From an uncultured Alphaproteobacteria bacterium (GTDB lineage: Bacteria > Pseudomonadota > Alphaproteobacteria > HIMB59 > GCA-002718135): a DNA stretch of 64,000 nucleotides. Location of the stretch: positions 19,615 through 83,614 of the forward strand of contig CACDIK010000002.1 of NCBI GenBank assembly GCA_902553005.1. The letters are read 5' to 3'. Within the stretch, counting starts at the first letter, position 1. Every line of letters starts with the position of its first letter. A program made the position numbers and the translations under genes. The notes under the pieces were generated by a model. It was not told where the DNA came from. It saw nothing but the letters and a program-made list of their open reading frames with translations, and searched no databases. Below, piece by piece: positions 1 to 10,572 of this stretch.

Positions 1-1138
1 TTTTCTGTTTATCATTATTTTGTCCAAGTTCTATGTCTGACATAAAGTAACAGATTTCTTTTGATGGATTAGATCCAATCATACCTGAAATATTTTCCCT
101 AGCCAAATCCCAGTTTAGATTTTTTATAGCAAAATACACTAAAAGTTTTTTAGACTCCTCTGAATTTAAATTATTTTTAACCAAATCATTTATAAATTTT
201 ATTTCACTTAAATCATTCTGAATTAAAATTTTTGTTATAATAGATCTCAGTAAAGAACTTTGATTTAAGTTCCAATACTTCTTAATTTGTTTACTTAAAT
301 TTCTTTTATCATTTAAATTTGCAAGAATCTCTAAGTGTAATTTTATATATGGAGCAAAGCTTTTCTTTAATTCAATTGCTTTTAGAATATTTTTTAAAGC
401 ATCTTTTAATTCACTATCAGATTTAATTTTTGCTATCTCATAATATCCAATTGATTTATTTTCACTAAGATCATTTTTATTTATAATTTTATTTGAGAAG
501 GCTTTATCTGATAATAAAATTAGTTGATTCCAATTCTTTGTTTTGGCAGCAATAAATATTAATGTTTCATAAAGCTTTTCAATATTAGGGTTTAAAGAGA
601 ATAATTTTTCTCCATATAAAAAAGCATGGTGATAATCATGGTTTTTTAAATTTTGTTCCATTAAACCCCTATAACCTAGTGTTTCTGTCTTTTTTGATTT
701 AATCATATCCTCATAGACATTGTTAAGTTCTGGAAATTTTTTCTCTATCTTTAATACCTCAGATTTTAATAAAAGAGATAAAGATGGGTCATCTTTTAAA
801 TAAGAGGTCATTTTTTTATGAGATTTTATTGCAGATTTATTGTCTTTATTTGCTACAGCAATCATTGCATCAACAAAATGTAAGTAACCTTTTTCAATTT
901 TATTATATTTATTTTTTAGAAAATATTTACCGAGTGAAAGTCGTGATCGGAAAAATAAATAAAGCACAAAATATAATAGAAAAACAAAAGATAAAAAAAC
1001 AACGGCAAATAAATTTGAAGAAAAAGAATATTTTAAATTTCCTATATCTAAGGATACAATAAATGGATTAGTAAAAATAAAAGTGAGCGCTATGATTAAT
1101 AGTAAAAACTGCAATACAAAAATTGAAAATCTATACAT
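1..1138 (-). CDS. HemY-like membrane-anchored TPR protein (3' end runs off the window)
   Basis: Not in the ORF track. Hand translation from ATG at 1138 gives MYRFSIFVLQFLLLIIALTFIFTNPFIVSLDIG..., two hydrophobic helices then helical repeats (TLGYRGLMEQ). The start overlaps the stop of the upstream gene, and the position matches the alphaproteobacterial COG4223-hemY pair. Confidence 0.75.
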   Translation of the reverse strand, partial: MYRFSIFVLQFLLLIIALTFIFTNPFIVSLDIGNLKYSFSSNLFAVVFLSFVFLLYFVLYLFFRSRLSLGKYFLKNKYNKIEKGYLHFVDAMIAVANKDNKSAIKSHKKMTSYLKDDPSLSLLLKSEVLKIEKKFPELNNVYEDMIKSKKTETLGYRGLMEQNLKNHDYHHAFLYGEKLFSLNPNIEKLYETLIFIAAKTKNWNQLILLSDKAFSNKIINKNDLSENKSIGYYEIAKIKSDSELKDALKNILKAIELKKSFAPYIKLHLEILANLNDKRNLSKQIKKYWNLNQSSLLRSIITKILIQNDLSEIKFINDLVKNNLNSEESKKLLVYFAIKNLNWDLARENISGMIGSNPSKEICYFMSDIELGQNNDKQK

Positions 1139-2015
1139 TATTTAATTTTGATATTTCTGTTATAAAATTATTATAGTTATTCATTTCATTTAAAGATACT
1201 TTAAAAAAAACTTTATAATTTTCTATCTTACTTATACTGTTATAAGCTTTTGTTATGTTTCTATTTTTAATAAAAAATTTAGTTTCCTCTAATATTAAAA
1301 TTTTTTCATCAGAAATAATATTTTCAGAAGATGGAGAGAGGTTTATATGAGGTAAAAGAATTTTGTTAAATAAACTATTATTTTCATTCACAATATTCTT
1401 CAAATATAAATTAACTTCTTTATTAAATTGATCTTCTAGAAATAAATGACCTTTGTATTTATTTCTTTTTAGAATTGATAATTTTTCCAAAATAGGTCTT
1501 TTGTTGTTTTTTAAAATTGTTTCAAGATATTTAAGCTCTCTTTCAAAATCTATGTTGTTTTCATATTTGATTTTTATTAGTTCAACTACTTCTGTGATAG
1601 ATTGATTTACTAGCTCAGGATTGTTATTAGGCTGATCTGCAATATTTTTATTTTTTATAGAAGAAATCTCATAACTTAAAGAATTAAAATTCTTATTTAA
1701 CAATTCTATACTTTCATTAATTGACGTCAAATCAACTTTTGATTCTTTATTTGAATTTTCTTTAATAAGTTTTTCTATGTTTGTTAAAGCAGTTTTTGTT
1801 TCTAATATTTGTTTAGATATATTTTTTATAAATTCAGAATTTTTATTAATATTGTCTCTAAGTTCATTTTCTAATTCAATCTGAATTTTGGATACCTTAT
1901 CTTCATTTTGATAATTCGTATAAAGAAGATAAATTAAGAAAAAAACACATAATAAAAGAATAAAGCTTAATGAAAATTTAGAAAAAATATAAAAACTTTC
2001 AAAAATTTTTTTCAT
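1131..2015 (-). CDS. Membrane-anchored coiled-coil protein, COG4223/mitofilin (alphaMic60)-like
   Basis: N-terminal TM helix, long coiled coil, directly upstream of the HemY-like gene and divergent from tsaD. Confidence 0.6.
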   Translation of the reverse strand: MKKIFESFYIFSKFSLSFILLLCVFFLIYLLYTNYQNEDKVSKIQIELENELRDNINKNSEFIKNISKQILETKTALTNIEKLIKENSNKESKVDLTSINESIELLNKNFNSLSYEISSIKNKNIADQPNNNPELVNQSITEVVELIKIKYENNIDFERELKYLETILKNNKRPILEKLSILKRNKYKGHLFLEDQFNKEVNLYLKNIVNENNSLFNKILLPHINLSPSSENIISDEKILILEETKFFIKNRNITKAYNSISKIENYKVFFKVSLNEMNNYNNFITEISKLNNV

Positions 2016-2076
2016 GCCCTTTTTTTAGCATTATTAGTTTGTTGTTTAACAGTGTAAAATACTATACCAAAAAAAT

Positions 2077-3087
2077 ATGCTTGTATTTGCTGCAGAAACT
2101 TCGTGCGACGAAACATCGGTGTGTCTAATGAAAAACAGCTCTATTGTAGAACATATTACTTTTTCTCAAGAAATTCATAAAATACATGGTGGGGTTGTTC
2201 CAGAGTTAGCATCAAGATCACATTTAGAGAAAATACAAAGTATAACATTTGATTTATTTCGTAATAAAAAAATAGAACCAAAAGAAATAGATGTTTATAC
2301 TGCTACTTGTGGACCCGGACTTATAGGCAGTTTATTGGTTGGCTCAACTTTTTCCAAATCTTTAGCAATTTCTTTCAACAAACCATTCATTCCAACTAAT
2401 CATCTAGAAGGACACATATTGTCTACAAGTTTTAATAACAATATTAAATTTCCAAATCTCATCTTGCTTTTAACCGGGGGGCATACTCAGGTTTATTTGA
2501 TGAAAAGTGAGAATGAAATAGAGCTATTAGGACAAAGTGTTGATGATGCAATAGGAGAAGCTTTTGACAAAACGGCAAAATTAATCGGCCTATCATATCC
2601 TGGTGGTAGTGAAATTGAACAACAAGCACTTAAAGGGAATGAGGACAAATTTGTTTTACCAAAACCATTAGTTAAAGAAAAAAATTTTAATTTTTCATTT
2701 TCTGGTATTAAAACAAATATAAACCTTTTAACAAAAAAAAATAAAATTGATAAAAAATTTGTAGAAGATTTGTCAGCATCATTTCAAAAAAATATTACTG
2801 AAATTCTTATTGAAAAGTTAGAAAGAGGCTTAAAAAGATTAGGATCTGAAAATAAAAATATAAGATCAATTTCCGTAGTAGGAGGAGTCTCAAATAACAA
2901 ATATATTCGAAGTAAAATAGAAAATTTTTTTGTCAAAAAAAATATTGAAATTTATTATCCTATAAAAGAAATGATGGGAGATAATGCTGCAATGATTGCA
3001 TGGGCATGTATGAAATTTTATAAAAAAGAAAGAAATGATTTATTTTTTAAACCAATGCCTAGATTAGATGTAAGAAGTGTATTATAA
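2077..3087 (+). CDS. tsaD: tRNA N6-threonylcarbamoyladenosine transferase TsaD
   Basis: ETSCDETS, HGGVVPELASRSH, NHLEGH, GGHT and DNAAMIAW motifs. Confidence 0.97.
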   Translation: MLVFAAETSCDETSVCLMKNSSIVEHITFSQEIHKIHGGVVPELASRSHLEKIQSITFDLFRNKKIEPKEIDVYTATCGPGLIGSLLVGSTFSKSLAISFNKPFIPTNHLEGHILSTSFNNNIKFPNLILLLTGGHTQVYLMKSENEIELLGQSVDDAIGEAFDKTAKLIGLSYPGGSEIEQQALKGNEDKFVLPKPLVKEKNFNFSFSGIKTNINLLTKKNKIDKKFVEDLSASFQKNITEILIEKLERGLKRLGSENKNIRSISVVGGVSNNKYIRSKIENFFVKKNIEIYYPIKEMMGDNAAMIAWACMKFYKKERNDLFFKPMPRLDVRSVL

Positions 3088-3126
3088 AATTAATCTCGTA
3101 AAAAATATGAACTAAAAAATATTAAA

Positions 3127-3531
3127 ATGAAATATTGGTTGTTGAAATCTGAACCAGATGCGTGGTCTTGGGATAATCAAGTTAAAGAAGGTGCATCGAT
3201 GTGGGATGGAGTTCGAAATTATCAAGCTAGAAATAATTTAAAAGAGATGAAAAAAAACGACTTATGTTTTTTTTATCACTCAGTAACAGAAAGAAGTATT
3301 GTTGGTATTGTTAAGGTTGTAAAAGAATATTATCCAGATCCTACTGATAACTCAGACCGTTTTGTTGTGGTCGATGTTAAAGCAATAAAAAAATTAAAAA
3401 ACCCAGTCTCTCTTGATCAAATAAAAGAAAATAATAAGTTGAAGGATATAGCTCTTGTAAAACAAAGCAGACTCTCCGTAATGCCTTTAAAAAAAACTGA
3501 ATGGGATATTATAATTAAAATGTCAAATTAG
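3127..3531 (+). CDS. EVE domain protein
   Basis: YWLLKSEP, WDGVRNYQARN, FFYHS, SRLSVMP. Confidence 0.95.
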   Translation: MKYWLLKSEPDAWSWDNQVKEGASMWDGVRNYQARNNLKEMKKNDLCFFYHSVTERSIVGIVKVVKEYYPDPTDNSDRFVVVDVKAIKKLKNPVSLDQIKENNKLKDIALVKQSRLSVMPLKKTEWDIIIKMSN

Positions 3532-3586
3532 CTTAAAAAAATATTTACTTGTTGATATTTTAATAAATTAGAATTACTCTCTTAAT

Positions 3587-5509
3587 ATGGAAATCAAAGA
3601 ACAATGGCTTAAAAATGCAAAAGTAGATGAAGAAAAATATTCTTCAATGTACAATCAATCGCTACATAACAATGATGAATTTTGGTCTGAACAAGCAAAT
3701 AGAATTGATTGGATAAAAAAATTTACAAAAATCAAAAATGTAAAATATTCTAAAGATGATGTGAGTATTAAATGGTTTGAAGATGGTAATCTTAATGTTT
3801 CTTATAATTGTATAGATAGATATGCTAAAAGTAGTCCTGATAGAACCGCAATAATTTGGGAGGGTGATGATCCTAATGAAACAAAAAAAATAACTTATAA
3901 AGAGCTATTATTAAATGTATCAAGAGCAGCAAATGTACTTAAAAAAATTGGTGTAAAAAAAGGTGATAGAGTAACCATATATTTAACAATGATACCTGAG
4001 TTAGCGTATATAATGTTAGCTTGTGCAAGAATTGGAGCTGTACACTCAATTATATTTGGAGGTTTCTCCGCAGAGTCTATTGCTGGTAGAATTAAAGATT
4101 GTCAATCAGAGTATATTGTAACCGCTGATGAAGGAGTAAGGGGTGGCAAAACCATTCCTTTAAAATTAACAACAGATAAAGCACTAGAATCATGTCCCGA
4201 TGTTAAGAAGTGTTTAATTGTTAAAAGAACAAATAAAGAAATAAAATTAATAAAAGACAGAGATTTATTCTATGATGATGTTCTTAAAGAAGTTAATGAT
4301 TTTTGTGAACCAGAAATTCTAAATGCTGAAGATCCATTATTCATTTTATATACATCAGGATCAACGGGTAAGCCAAAAGGGGTAATGCATACATCAGGAG
4401 GTTATATAGTTTATGCTTCTATGACTCATGAATATATTTTTAACTACAGTGATGGCGATATATATTGGTGCACTGCGGACATAGGATGGATAACTGGTCA
4501 TAGTTACATTATTTATGGACCTCTTTCTAATGGAGCTACAACTTTAATGTTTGAAGGAGTTCCAAACTATCCTGACTTCTCAAGATTTTGGCAAATAGTA
4601 GATAAACATAAAGTAAATATTTTTTATACTGCTCCAACTGCAATTAGAGCTTTAATGAGAGAGGGTGATGATTACGTAACTAAAACTAGTAGATCATCAT
4701 TAAAGCTTTTAGGAACAGTTGGTGAGCCTATAAATCCAGAAGCATGGAAATGGTACTTTGAAATTCCAGGTAATTCAAATTGTCCAATTGTTGACACTTG
4801 GTGGCAAACTGAAACTGGGGGAATATTAATATCTCCTCAAACTGGTGCTATAAAATTAAAACCTGGTTCAGCTTCAAAACCATTTTTTGGTATTGAACCA
4901 TGTATTGTAGATAAAGGTGGTAATGAACTAGAAGGGGAATGTGAAGGAATGTTATGTATGAAAAAATCATGGCCCGGCCAAATGCGAACAGTTTATGGTG
5001 ACCATAAAAGATTCATTGATACATATTTTTCGCAATTTGATGGAAAATATTTTACGGGTGATGGATGTAAAAGAGATAAAGATGGCTATTATTGGATTAC
5101 AGGTAGAGTCGATGATGTAATTATTGTTTCTGGTCATAATCTAGGTACAGCAGAAATAGAAAGTGCCTTTGTTTCTCATAAAGATGTATCTGAAGCAGCG
5201 GTGGTGGGCTACCCTCATGATATTAAAGGTAATGGTTTATATTGTTATGTTTCCTTAAAGGTGGGTATAGAAACGTCTGATGATTTAGTACTAGATTTAA
5301 AAAAAACTATCAGAGAAAAAATAGGTCCAATTGCAACACCTGATTTTATACACATCACTGCTGGTTTACCAAAAACTCGATCAGGCAAAATTATGAGAAG
5401 AATTCTGCGAAAAATTGCCTGTAATGATTTTGATAATTTGGGAGATACATCAACACTAGCAGACCCATCAGTTGTTAATGATTTGGTTAAAAATAGAAAA
5501 AATAAATAA
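3587..5509 (+). CDS. acs: Acetyl-CoA synthetase
   Basis: [41 protein letters not shown]. Confidence 0.97.
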   Translation: MEIKEQWLKNAKVDEEKYSSMYNQSLHNNDEFWSEQANRIDWIKKFTKIKNVKYSKDDVSIKWFEDGNLNVSYNCIDRYAKSSPDRTAIIWEGDDPNETKKITYKELLLNVSRAANVLKKIGVKKGDRVTIYLTMIPELAYIMLACARIGAVHSIIFGGFSAESIAGRIKDCQSEYIVTADEGVRGGKTIPLKLTTDKALESCPDVKKCLIVKRTNKEIKLIKDRDLFYDDVLKEVNDFCEPEILNAEDPLFILYTSGSTGKPKGVMHTSGGYIVYASMTHEYIFNYSDGDIYWCTADIGWITGHSYIIYGPLSNGATTLMFEGVPNYPDFSRFWQIVDKHKVNIFYTAPTAIRALMREGDDYVTKTSRSSLKLLGTVGEPINPEAWKWYFEIPGNSNCPIVDTWWQTETGGILISPQTGAIKLKPGSASKPFFGIEPCIVDKGGNELEGECEGMLCMKKSWPGQMRTVYGDHKRFIDTYFSQFDGKYFTGDGCKRDKDGYYWITGRVDDVIIVSGHNLGTAEIESAFVSHKDVSEAAVVGYPHDIKGNGLYCYVSLKVGIETSDDLVLDLKKTIREKIGPIATPDFIHITAGLPKTRSGKIMRRILRKIACNDFDNLGDTSTLADPSVVNDLVKNRKNK

Positions 5510-5512
5510 AAA

Positions 5513-6064
5513 CTATCGAGGCTCCCAGTGCTTTAAACATCTAGGCTCATAAATATTTGCTGCTCCAACTTGCGTTCTTTCACCCCCCAATGTTTTTCTA
5601 AAAGTTTTGGTTGCCTCCAAACCACATACATTGCAAAAACCATAAATCTTTACTATTTTATCTGACAACCCCAGTAACATCGAAGATGTTTCCCAAGGTT
5701 TACCTCTTGAGTCTTGATCAAGACCTGCGCAAACAACATCTATACCTTTATTCAATATTATTTCTACATTGTTTAATGTATCTTTTGTGTCCATAAACTG
5801 AATTTCGTCTAAAAAAACCATATCAACTACATTTTTTTCAAAAATAAATTTTTTTAACGTTGTTGCCCAATCATTCATTGCGTAACACTCATGACTCAAA
5901 TCATTATGTGTAATTATTTTTTCATTTGAGTATCTGTTATCAATACTTGGTTTAATTACTATAATTTTTTTATTTTGATGTTTTGCCCATAGAATTCTTT
6001 TCAGTAATTCACTTGTTTTGCCTGCAAACATCGCTCCAACGATTGTCTCAAGATTTCCTCGCAT
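5513..6064 (-). CDS. tdk: Thymidine kinase (TK1 type)
   Basis: GAMFAGKT P-loop, KPSIDNRY, DEIQF, AGLDQD, Zn motif CNVC...YEPRCLKH. Confidence 0.93.
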   Translation of the reverse strand: MRGNLETIVGAMFAGKTSELLKRILWAKHQNKKIIVIKPSIDNRYSNEKIITHNDLSHECYAMNDWATTLKKFIFEKNVVDMVFLDEIQFMDTKDTLNNVEIILNKGIDVVCAGLDQDSRGKPWETSSMLLGLSDKIVKIYGFCNVCGLEATKTFRKTLGGERTQVGAANIYEPRCLKHWEPR

Positions 6065-6133
6065 AACTCAATATATTTTATTTTTACAATTTATTATATA
6101 ATTATTTTAAATAAGTATAAACTTTATAAAGTA

Positions 6134-7399
6134 ATGATAAAAGGTGTAAAAATTAGATTTGAAATTCATAATATATTATTTTCAATTTATAAATTTAATA
6201 AAACTCTAAATAATTCTTTAGTTAAAAAACAAATTAATAAACAAAAAAAAGAAGATATAGCTTTTTTATATAATGTAACGCTTAACTCAATGAGGTTACA
6301 TTTACATTGTTTAAAGATAATGGACAAATTTATAAAAAAAAAATTAAGAGATCAGGAAAAGATTTTATTAATAAGTGCTATTACCCAAATTGTATTTTTA
6401 AACTTTAAGGAGTACGCTGTCATAAATTGTTCAGTTGAAATAGCAAAAAAACTAAAATTATATCCTGGAATTATAAATGCAACATTAAAAAAAATAGCCA
6501 AAAATAAAAATGATTTGAAACAAATCAAAATTAATTTTAGCAATTTGCCTCCGTGGTTTCAAAAAAAAACTCACTTTATGTCTGATTATGAAAAAAAACA
6601 ATTTTTACAAAATTTTCACAAGGAACCAAATATTCATATTGTTTTTAAAGATGAAGAAAAGTTAAAAAAATTTGATGATAAATTATTTAAAACATCAACT
6701 ATATCTGGTTTTTTATTAGATGAAAAAAATTTTCAGGAAAAAATTTCTTTTATTAATGGTGATTGGTGGGTGCAAGATTTTAGCTCTTTTCTTCCATTAT
6801 ACAATTTTAAAGAAATAAATAAAAATAAGCTACTTCTTGATGCCTGTGCTGCACCAGGTGGAAAATCTTTTCAAATTTTATCTAAGAAATTAAATGTTAT
6901 CTTAAATGATAAAAGCAAAAATAGAATTCAAACTCTTAAATCTAATTTAAAGCGACTCAAATTAAGTGCTAAAATTTTGAATGAAGATTTTATTCGATTT
7001 GATAATAAAGGAAAGTATGACGTAATTATAATTGATGCTCCTTGTTCGGCTGTTGGAACAATAAGAAGGAATCCTGAAATTTTTTTTAAAAATAAAGGCC
7101 CAAATTTTGACAAGCTGCTTTCTTTACAAGAAAATATGTTAGAAAAAGCATCATTTTTATTAAATACAAACGGATTTATAATTTATATGACTTGTTCTTT
7201 TTTAAAAATTGAAACCATAGATCAAATTAAAAAGTTCCTTAAATTAAACAATAATTTTGTGCTTTCAAATTTTAAATTAATAGAAAATCAGAAAAATTAC
7301 TCAAAATTTATTAAAAATAATTTTATGATAACTATTCCTAATGTGATTTTTGACTATAATATTGATGGATACTTTGCAGCTTTTTTAAAGAAAATATAA
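6134..7399 (+). CDS. rsmB: RsmB/NOP family 16S rRNA m5C methyltransferase with NusB-like N-terminus
   Basis: WVQD, DACAAPGGKS, DAPCSAVGTIRRNPE, YMTCS, DGYFAA. Confidence 0.9.
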   Translation: MIKGVKIRFEIHNILFSIYKFNKTLNNSLVKKQINKQKKEDIAFLYNVTLNSMRLHLHCLKIMDKFIKKKLRDQEKILLISAITQIVFLNFKEYAVINCSVEIAKKLKLYPGIINATLKKIAKNKNDLKQIKINFSNLPPWFQKKTHFMSDYEKKQFLQNFHKEPNIHIVFKDEEKLKKFDDKLFKTSTISGFLLDEKNFQEKISFINGDWWVQDFSSFLPLYNFKEINKNKLLLDACAAPGGKSFQILSKKLNVILNDKSKNRIQTLKSNLKRLKLSAKILNEDFIRFDNKGKYDVIIIDAPCSAVGTIRRNPEIFFKNKGPNFDKLLSLQENMLEKASFLLNTNGFIIYMTCSFLKIETIDQIKKFLKLNNNFVLSNFKLIENQKNYSKFIKNNFMITIPNVIFDYNIDGYFAAFLKKI

Positions 7400-8931
7400 T
7401 GATTTTAATAATAAAGAAAATATTATTTATATTTATAACCTCTAAGTTCAATGCAAAAAAAAATTTATCTTTTTTAGATTTAAACTTTAAAAAAATAGAT
7501 TTTACAAATCACGATAAAATAAAATCATTTATTTTTAAAGAAAATTTTTATACTTACAAAAATAAAAATATTCATAGTTTTGATTTTTTAAATTTCTCAA
7601 ATAAACTTGGTGGTAAAATAGGTATAAATTTGTCTAAAAAAGCAATCTTTGGGTGGCATAAACTAAACAAAAATAAGTTAGGCTTTCCTTGGATAGAAGA
7701 TCTATCATCTAAAAGACTAATAAATCTTTTGTATAACTATGAATATATAAATTCTGCTTCAAAAGAAGGTGACAAGAAAAAGTTAGATTTTATAATCTAT
7801 TTTCATATTCAAAGAATTTTATTTGATTTCAACTCAAAAAAAATATCTGAATTTACTTCGTATGATTTAAAAGCATATTTGTTATCTTGCTCACTCCTAA
7901 AAAAAATTAATGAAACAGATATTGATTATATAAAATATATTGTTGATAACCAAATTGATAAAATTGGTATGCATAAAAGTTATAATCTCTTGGAGCATTC
8001 TAAGTTTATAAATAATCTTAGTGAAATAAAAAATATTTTACTTTTTTCTAAATCAAATAAATCAAATGTTTTTGATGAAGTAATTCTTAAAATGACATCA
8101 ATATTGAATGAATATTTTCATTTAGATGGCTCACTAGCTCTATTTAATGGTACTAATAATGTTTATACAATCAATATCTACAAATCTTTAAACAAAGAGA
8201 GTTATTTAAAAAAAAGAGAGTTTTCAAATATTAATAATGGAATTGCATTTTACTCAGATAAAAATAAAAAAATATTTTTTGATGTAGTGCAACCTAATTC
8301 AGATATGATAAGTTCTAACTTAAGTGCGGGAACTTTATCACTTGAATTGAGTGGTTTTGGAGAGAAAATAGTTACAAATTGTGGTGCCTCAGAAAGTTAT
8401 GGTAAAAATCCAGAATATTTAAGATACAGTGCAGCTCATTCTACTATTATTCTACAAAACACTAATATTAGTGAAATAAAGGAAGACAACCCACATATTA
8501 AATTTCCCCAATCAGTAGTCTTTAGAAAGGAGACTAACGGTCAAGAAGAAATATTTGAGGGGTCACATAATGGATATTTAAAAAAATTTAATAAAATATT
8601 AAAAAGAAAATTAATTATTTATAAAAATAAAAATAAATTAAAGGGAGAAGATAGCTTTATTTCTTATAAAAATCTCCGTAATAGATTGATTTACCATATA
8701 AGATTTCACCTAGCCAATGAAATGATTTTAAATTTTACAAATAATAAAAAAAATATAATTTTAAAAACAAAAATGAACAATATATGGCTGTTTAAAAGTA
8801 ATACTGAACTTATAATAGAAGATAGTATATCGGTTGATAATAATATTACTAAACCTACTAAACAAATTGTAATTAAGGGTGTATTGTCAGATAAAAAGAT
8901 TATAGAAAAATGGTCGTTAGAAAAAATCTAA
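7399..8931 (+). CDS. Heparinase II/III-like protein
   Basis: HLDGSLALFNG, AGTLSLE, VTNCG, AAHST, GSHNGY, IRFHL; conserved position between rsmB and purH. Confidence 0.8.
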   Translation: MILIIKKILFIFITSKFNAKKNLSFLDLNFKKIDFTNHDKIKSFIFKENFYTYKNKNIHSFDFLNFSNKLGGKIGINLSKKAIFGWHKLNKNKLGFPWIEDLSSKRLINLLYNYEYINSASKEGDKKKLDFIIYFHIQRILFDFNSKKISEFTSYDLKAYLLSCSLLKKINETDIDYIKYIVDNQIDKIGMHKSYNLLEHSKFINNLSEIKNILLFSKSNKSNVFDEVILKMTSILNEYFHLDGSLALFNGTNNVYTINIYKSLNKESYLKKREFSNINNGIAFYSDKNKKIFFDVVQPNSDMISSNLSAGTLSLELSGFGEKIVTNCGASESYGKNPEYLRYSAAHSTIILQNTNISEIKEDNPHIKFPQSVVFRKETNGQEEIFEGSHNGYLKKFNKILKRKLIIYKNKNKLKGEDSFISYKNLRNRLIYHIRFHLANEMILNFTNNKKNIILKTKMNNIWLFKSNTELIIEDSISVDNNITKPTKQIVIKGVLSDKKIIEKWSLEKI

Positions 8932-9509
8932 AAAAAAAATTTGCTTTAATATCTGTATTTGATAAAAAAAATTTAAAGTATCTCTGCTCAAACTTGAGTA
9001 AATTTAATTACAATTTTATGTCCAGTGGTTCTACGGGAAATAAAATTCGTGAATTAGGATTTAAATGTAAAGATATTTCAAAAATGACAAATTCTAAAGA
9101 AATGTTTGGAGGTAGGGTTAAAACATTAAATCCATTAATATATAGCTCACTACTTTACATTAGAGATGATAAAATTCATAAAAAACAGTTTCAATTATTA
9201 AACATACCTGAAATAGATATTGTTGTAGTTAACTTATATCCTTTTAAAAAATATTTAAAAAAAAATAATTATGATCAAATTATTGAAATGATTGATATTG
9301 GTGGGCCAGGTTTATTACGAGCTGCCGGAAAAAACTTCAAATACATAACTCCAGTAGCTGATATTAAGGATTATAAAAAATTAGTAACAAATTTAACTAA
9401 GAATAATGGGGAAACAGACATTATTTTTAGAAAAAAAATGGCTCTTAAGGTTTTTAAACAATCAGCACAATATGACAAAATTATTTATAATTGGCTAAAT
9501 GAAAATTAA
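8910..9509 (+). CDS. purH: PurH N-terminal half (IMP cyclohydrolase, MGS-like domain)
   Basis: ALISVFDK, GGRVKTLNP, VVVNLYPF, IDIGGPGLLRAAGKN. Confidence 0.88.
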   Translation: MVVRKNLKKKFALISVFDKKNLKYLCSNLSKFNYNFMSSGSTGNKIRELGFKCKDISKMTNSKEMFGGRVKTLNPLIYSSLLYIRDDKIHKKQFQLLNIPEIDIVVVNLYPFKKYLKKNNYDQIIEMIDIGGPGLLRAAGKNFKYITPVADIKDYKKLVTNLTKNNGETDIIFRKKMALKVFKQSAQYDKIIYNWLNEN

Positions 9510-10416
9510 AAATAGTAAAATCAAATTAAGATATGGAGAAAATCCAAATCAAATAGGCTACTTAATTAGTAATAAAAGAAATTCAATTTTTAGCTATCAA
9601 ATTAGTGGGAAACAAATAAGTTATAATAATTTAATTGATATTGATAGTGGATTAAAATGTTTAAAAGAATTTCTTGAGCCTACTTCCATAATTCTGAAAC
9701 ATACTAATCCTTGTGGTATAGCGTCAGCAAAAAACATAGAGGCCGCTTTTAATAGATCTTATGAAAGTGATCCTAAAAGTGCTTTTGGAGGAATAGTTTT
9801 GCTAAATAGAAAAGTAACTTCTAAACTTGCTATGAAAATATACAAAAATTTTTACGAAATGATAGTTGCTTTAGATTTCAATCAAGATGCACTAAAAATT
9901 TTAAAAAAAAAGAAAAATTTAATTTTATTAAAAATACCCAATATAAAAAAAACGACCCTCGAATATAGATCAACTTTATTTGGTGATCTTTATCAAACAA
10001 CAGATTTAAACCCAATTAATAGAAAGTTTTTAACCTTAGTTTCAAGAAAGAAAGGGTCAACAAAAACAATTAATGATTTAATTTTTTCACTTAAAGTTGC
10101 AAAACACTTAAAATCAAACGCTATTGTTTTATCCAGAAACAAACAAACTCTAGGTTTGGGTCATGGTCATACAAACAGAGTAGATGCATTATATTATGCT
10201 ATTAAAAATATGAATAAATATTTTAAAAAAGGTAATTTCGTTTGTGCTTCAGACGGTTTTTTTCCTTTTGTAGACAGTATAAATTTACTAAATAGGAATG
10301 GATGCAATGCTGTAGCTCAGCCAGAAGGCTCGATAAATGATAAGGTAATAATTTCTTTTTCAATAAAAAATAAATTATCATTATATTTCATAAAAAATAG
10401 ACTCTTTAAACATTGA
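9499..10416 (+). CDS. purH: PurH C-terminal half (AICAR transformylase)
   Basis: LRYGENP, SYNNLID, KHTNPCG, SAFGGIV, KSNAIV, ASDGFFPF, RLFKH. Confidence 0.88.
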   Translation: MKIKNSKIKLRYGENPNQIGYLISNKRNSIFSYQISGKQISYNNLIDIDSGLKCLKEFLEPTSIILKHTNPCGIASAKNIEAAFNRSYESDPKSAFGGIVLLNRKVTSKLAMKIYKNFYEMIVALDFNQDALKILKKKKNLILLKIPNIKKTTLEYRSTLFGDLYQTTDLNPINRKFLTLVSRKKGSTKTINDLIFSLKVAKHLKSNAIVLSRNKQTLGLGHGHTNRVDALYYAIKNMNKYFKKGNFVCASDGFFPFVDSINLLNRNGCNAVAQPEGSINDKVIISFSIKNKLSLYFIKNRLFKH

Positions 10417-10565
10417 ATAAAAAAAATAAAATTTCAAAATATTTAAAAATTTTAATTAAAGATCATCCTAAAATTACATCAGGTAGGAAAAATTTTGATC
10501 AACATAATTATAGAATTATAAAAACAATAGAAATAATTAAGAAATATTTTAAATTTAAAGAATAG
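10413..10565 (+). CDS. Small 50-aa ORF or truncated gene remnant
   Basis: TTG start overlaps the purH TGA; 50 open codons MNKKNKISKYLKILIKDHPKITSGRKNFDQHNYRIIKTIEIIKKYFKFKE; below the ORF-track cutoff. Confidence 0.35.
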   Translation: MNKKNKISKYLKILIKDHPKITSGRKNFDQHNYRIIKTIEIIKKYFKFKE

Positions 10566-10572
10566 ATCAGAA

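Noticed and set aside
784-1062. 92-aa plus-strand ORF
   Set aside because: Antisense shadow of the HemY-like gene.
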